Assembly (NCBI GenBank): GCA_049320885.1
Contig: JBMORA010000013.1
Span: 87,264-151,263 of the forward strand
From: Thermodesulfobacteriota bacterium
GTDB taxonomy: Bacteria; Desulfobacterota; Desulfobacteria; Desulfobacterales; SURF-7
Length of the DNA: 64,000 nt
Direction of reading: 5' to 3'
Shown here: piece by piece, positions 62,910 to 64,000 of the stretch
Numbering within the stretch: the first letter of the stretch is position 1
Layout of the letters: each line of letters starts with the position of its first letter
Notes under the pieces: generated by a model
The model's input: only the letters and a program-made list of their open reading frames with translations
Database searches by the model: none
Told to the model about the DNA's origin: nothing
Position numbers and translations under genes: made by a program

Positions 62910-63446
62910 ATGCAGATTGCAGTTAATCGGTCGTCGACGGTATTCCAGACCGGCCTGTTTCAATTGATGTCGGATAATATCACCCTGCCCAATGGGGTAA
63001 CAACCGATGTTCATATTCTGCGACACCCCGGCGCCGCCGCTATTATACCCCTGATCAACCAGAACCAATTGGTTCTCATTCGACAATACCGCCATGCCTT
63101 GGCCGATTTTATTTGGGAAATTCCGGCCGGGACATTGCAGCCGAATGAAGCTCCGCTTGCCTGCGCCCAGCGAGAGCTTATTGAAGAAACAGGCTATTCT
63201 GCAAGAGCTTGGCAACCCTTGGGGATTATCACTCCGGTTCCTGGGTATTCGGACGAACGGATCCATCTGTTTTTGGCCACCGACATGACAGCCGGCCGGC
63301 AAAACCTCGATAAGGATGAGTTGCTGGAAGTTGTTGAAATCGAGCGGGGAAAGGCATTGGAAATGATTGACGACGGCGTAATTCAGGATGGGAAAACAAT
63401 TGCCGGCTTGTTGCTGGCAAATGCCTGGCTGCAAAAATCAGCATGA
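62910..63446 (+). CDS. NUDIX hydrolase (ADP-ribose pyrophosphatase-like)
   Basis: HPGAA, RQYR, WEIPAG..AQRELIEETG and DGKT. Confidence 0.92.
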   Translation: MQIAVNRSSTVFQTGLFQLMSDNITLPNGVTTDVHILRHPGAAAIIPLINQNQLVLIRQYRHALADFIWEIPAGTLQPNEAPLACAQRELIEETGYSARAWQPLGIITPVPGYSDERIHLFLATDMTAGRQNLDKDELLEVVEIERGKALEMIDDGVIQDGKTIAGLLLANAWLQKSA

Positions 63447-63519
63447 CAGGGAAAAAGACCTATGCCACGGATTTATTGCACCACCCTCGTATAACAGCAA
63501 AGTCCAAAGGGGAAAATAC

Positions 63520-63834
63520 ATGGGGGTAGATCGATTTTCCATCCATCTGGAAAACGAAGATATCGAACGTGAAAAACGAAAGGCCAGGGAGCTGCGACAG
63601 TCTCAATGGTGGAAGCGACGCTGCTCAAAGGGTATCTGCCATTATTGTGGACGCCGAACACCGGCGAATGAGCTAACCATGGATCATATTGTACCGCTTT
63701 CCCGCGGCGGAAAATCCACCAAAGGAAACCTGGTTCCTGCTTGCAAAGATTGCAATACTCATAAAAAACAACTGCTCCCTTTTGAATGGGAGCAGTATTT
63801 GGAAAACAAAACGGAAGAATGTCAGAAACAATAA
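63520..63834 (+). CDS. small HNH endonuclease family protein
   Basis: CHYC..TMDHIVPLSRGGKSTKGNLVPACKDCN. Confidence 0.9.
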   Translation: MGVDRFSIHLENEDIEREKRKARELRQSQWWKRRCSKGICHYCGRRTPANELTMDHIVPLSRGGKSTKGNLVPACKDCNTHKKQLLPFEWEQYLENKTEECQKQ

Positions 63835-64000
63835 ATCGGTCGATCCTTTGCTTGCAAGAATGAATTGTTAATCCTCAACTTTCGGGATCGATTTAAGCGA
63901 TCGCCAATTTGTTCTTTGACAAGCCAAGGCACTGCAACGCGGTATTTATGATGGCATCGAAGAAGGCTGCCGCTGTTTTTTCGCAAAAAACACCTAACTG

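Noticed and set aside
63520..63834. HNH gene as a mobile or defence element
   Set aside because: Small stand-alone HNH in a housekeeping context, with no flanking repeats or intron features seen.

Overview
A 64 kb, mostly gene-dense chromosomal segment. Gene content (many Fe-S proteins, a sigma-54 activator, DUF362, CFI-box and LPP20-like proteins) suggests an anaerobic deltaproteobacterium (Desulfobacterota-like); this is inferred, not checked. Housekeeping genes include pyrE, ftsH, panC, metK, tkt, dapL, mtnP-apt, nadB, ubiE/menG, dnaJ, queD, ftsEX-envC-ctpA and tRNA-Val(GAC). Accessory modules are a sigma-54-controlled FadH-like flavoenzyme with a ferredoxin, a type I restriction-modification operon (hsdM-hsdS-[AlbA_2/Schlafen-HATPase-wHTH gene]-hsdR), a CHASE2 adenylate cyclase-SpoIID-Crp-LPP20-FecR cluster, and a TAT/Fe-S/DUF362 redox operon. 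The most striking unexplained structure is the 258 bp non-coding gap between the Schlafen/AlbA-like gene and hsdR. It holds a phased array with a period of 101-102 bp: three 24 bp boxes (each two CC(A/G)TCAAA motifs 11 bp apart), the first two followed after exactly 11 bp by a 26 bp IHF-like box. This may be a DNA-anchored regulatory or defence module nested in the R-M operon. Product calls rest on motif recognition only; no searches were run.
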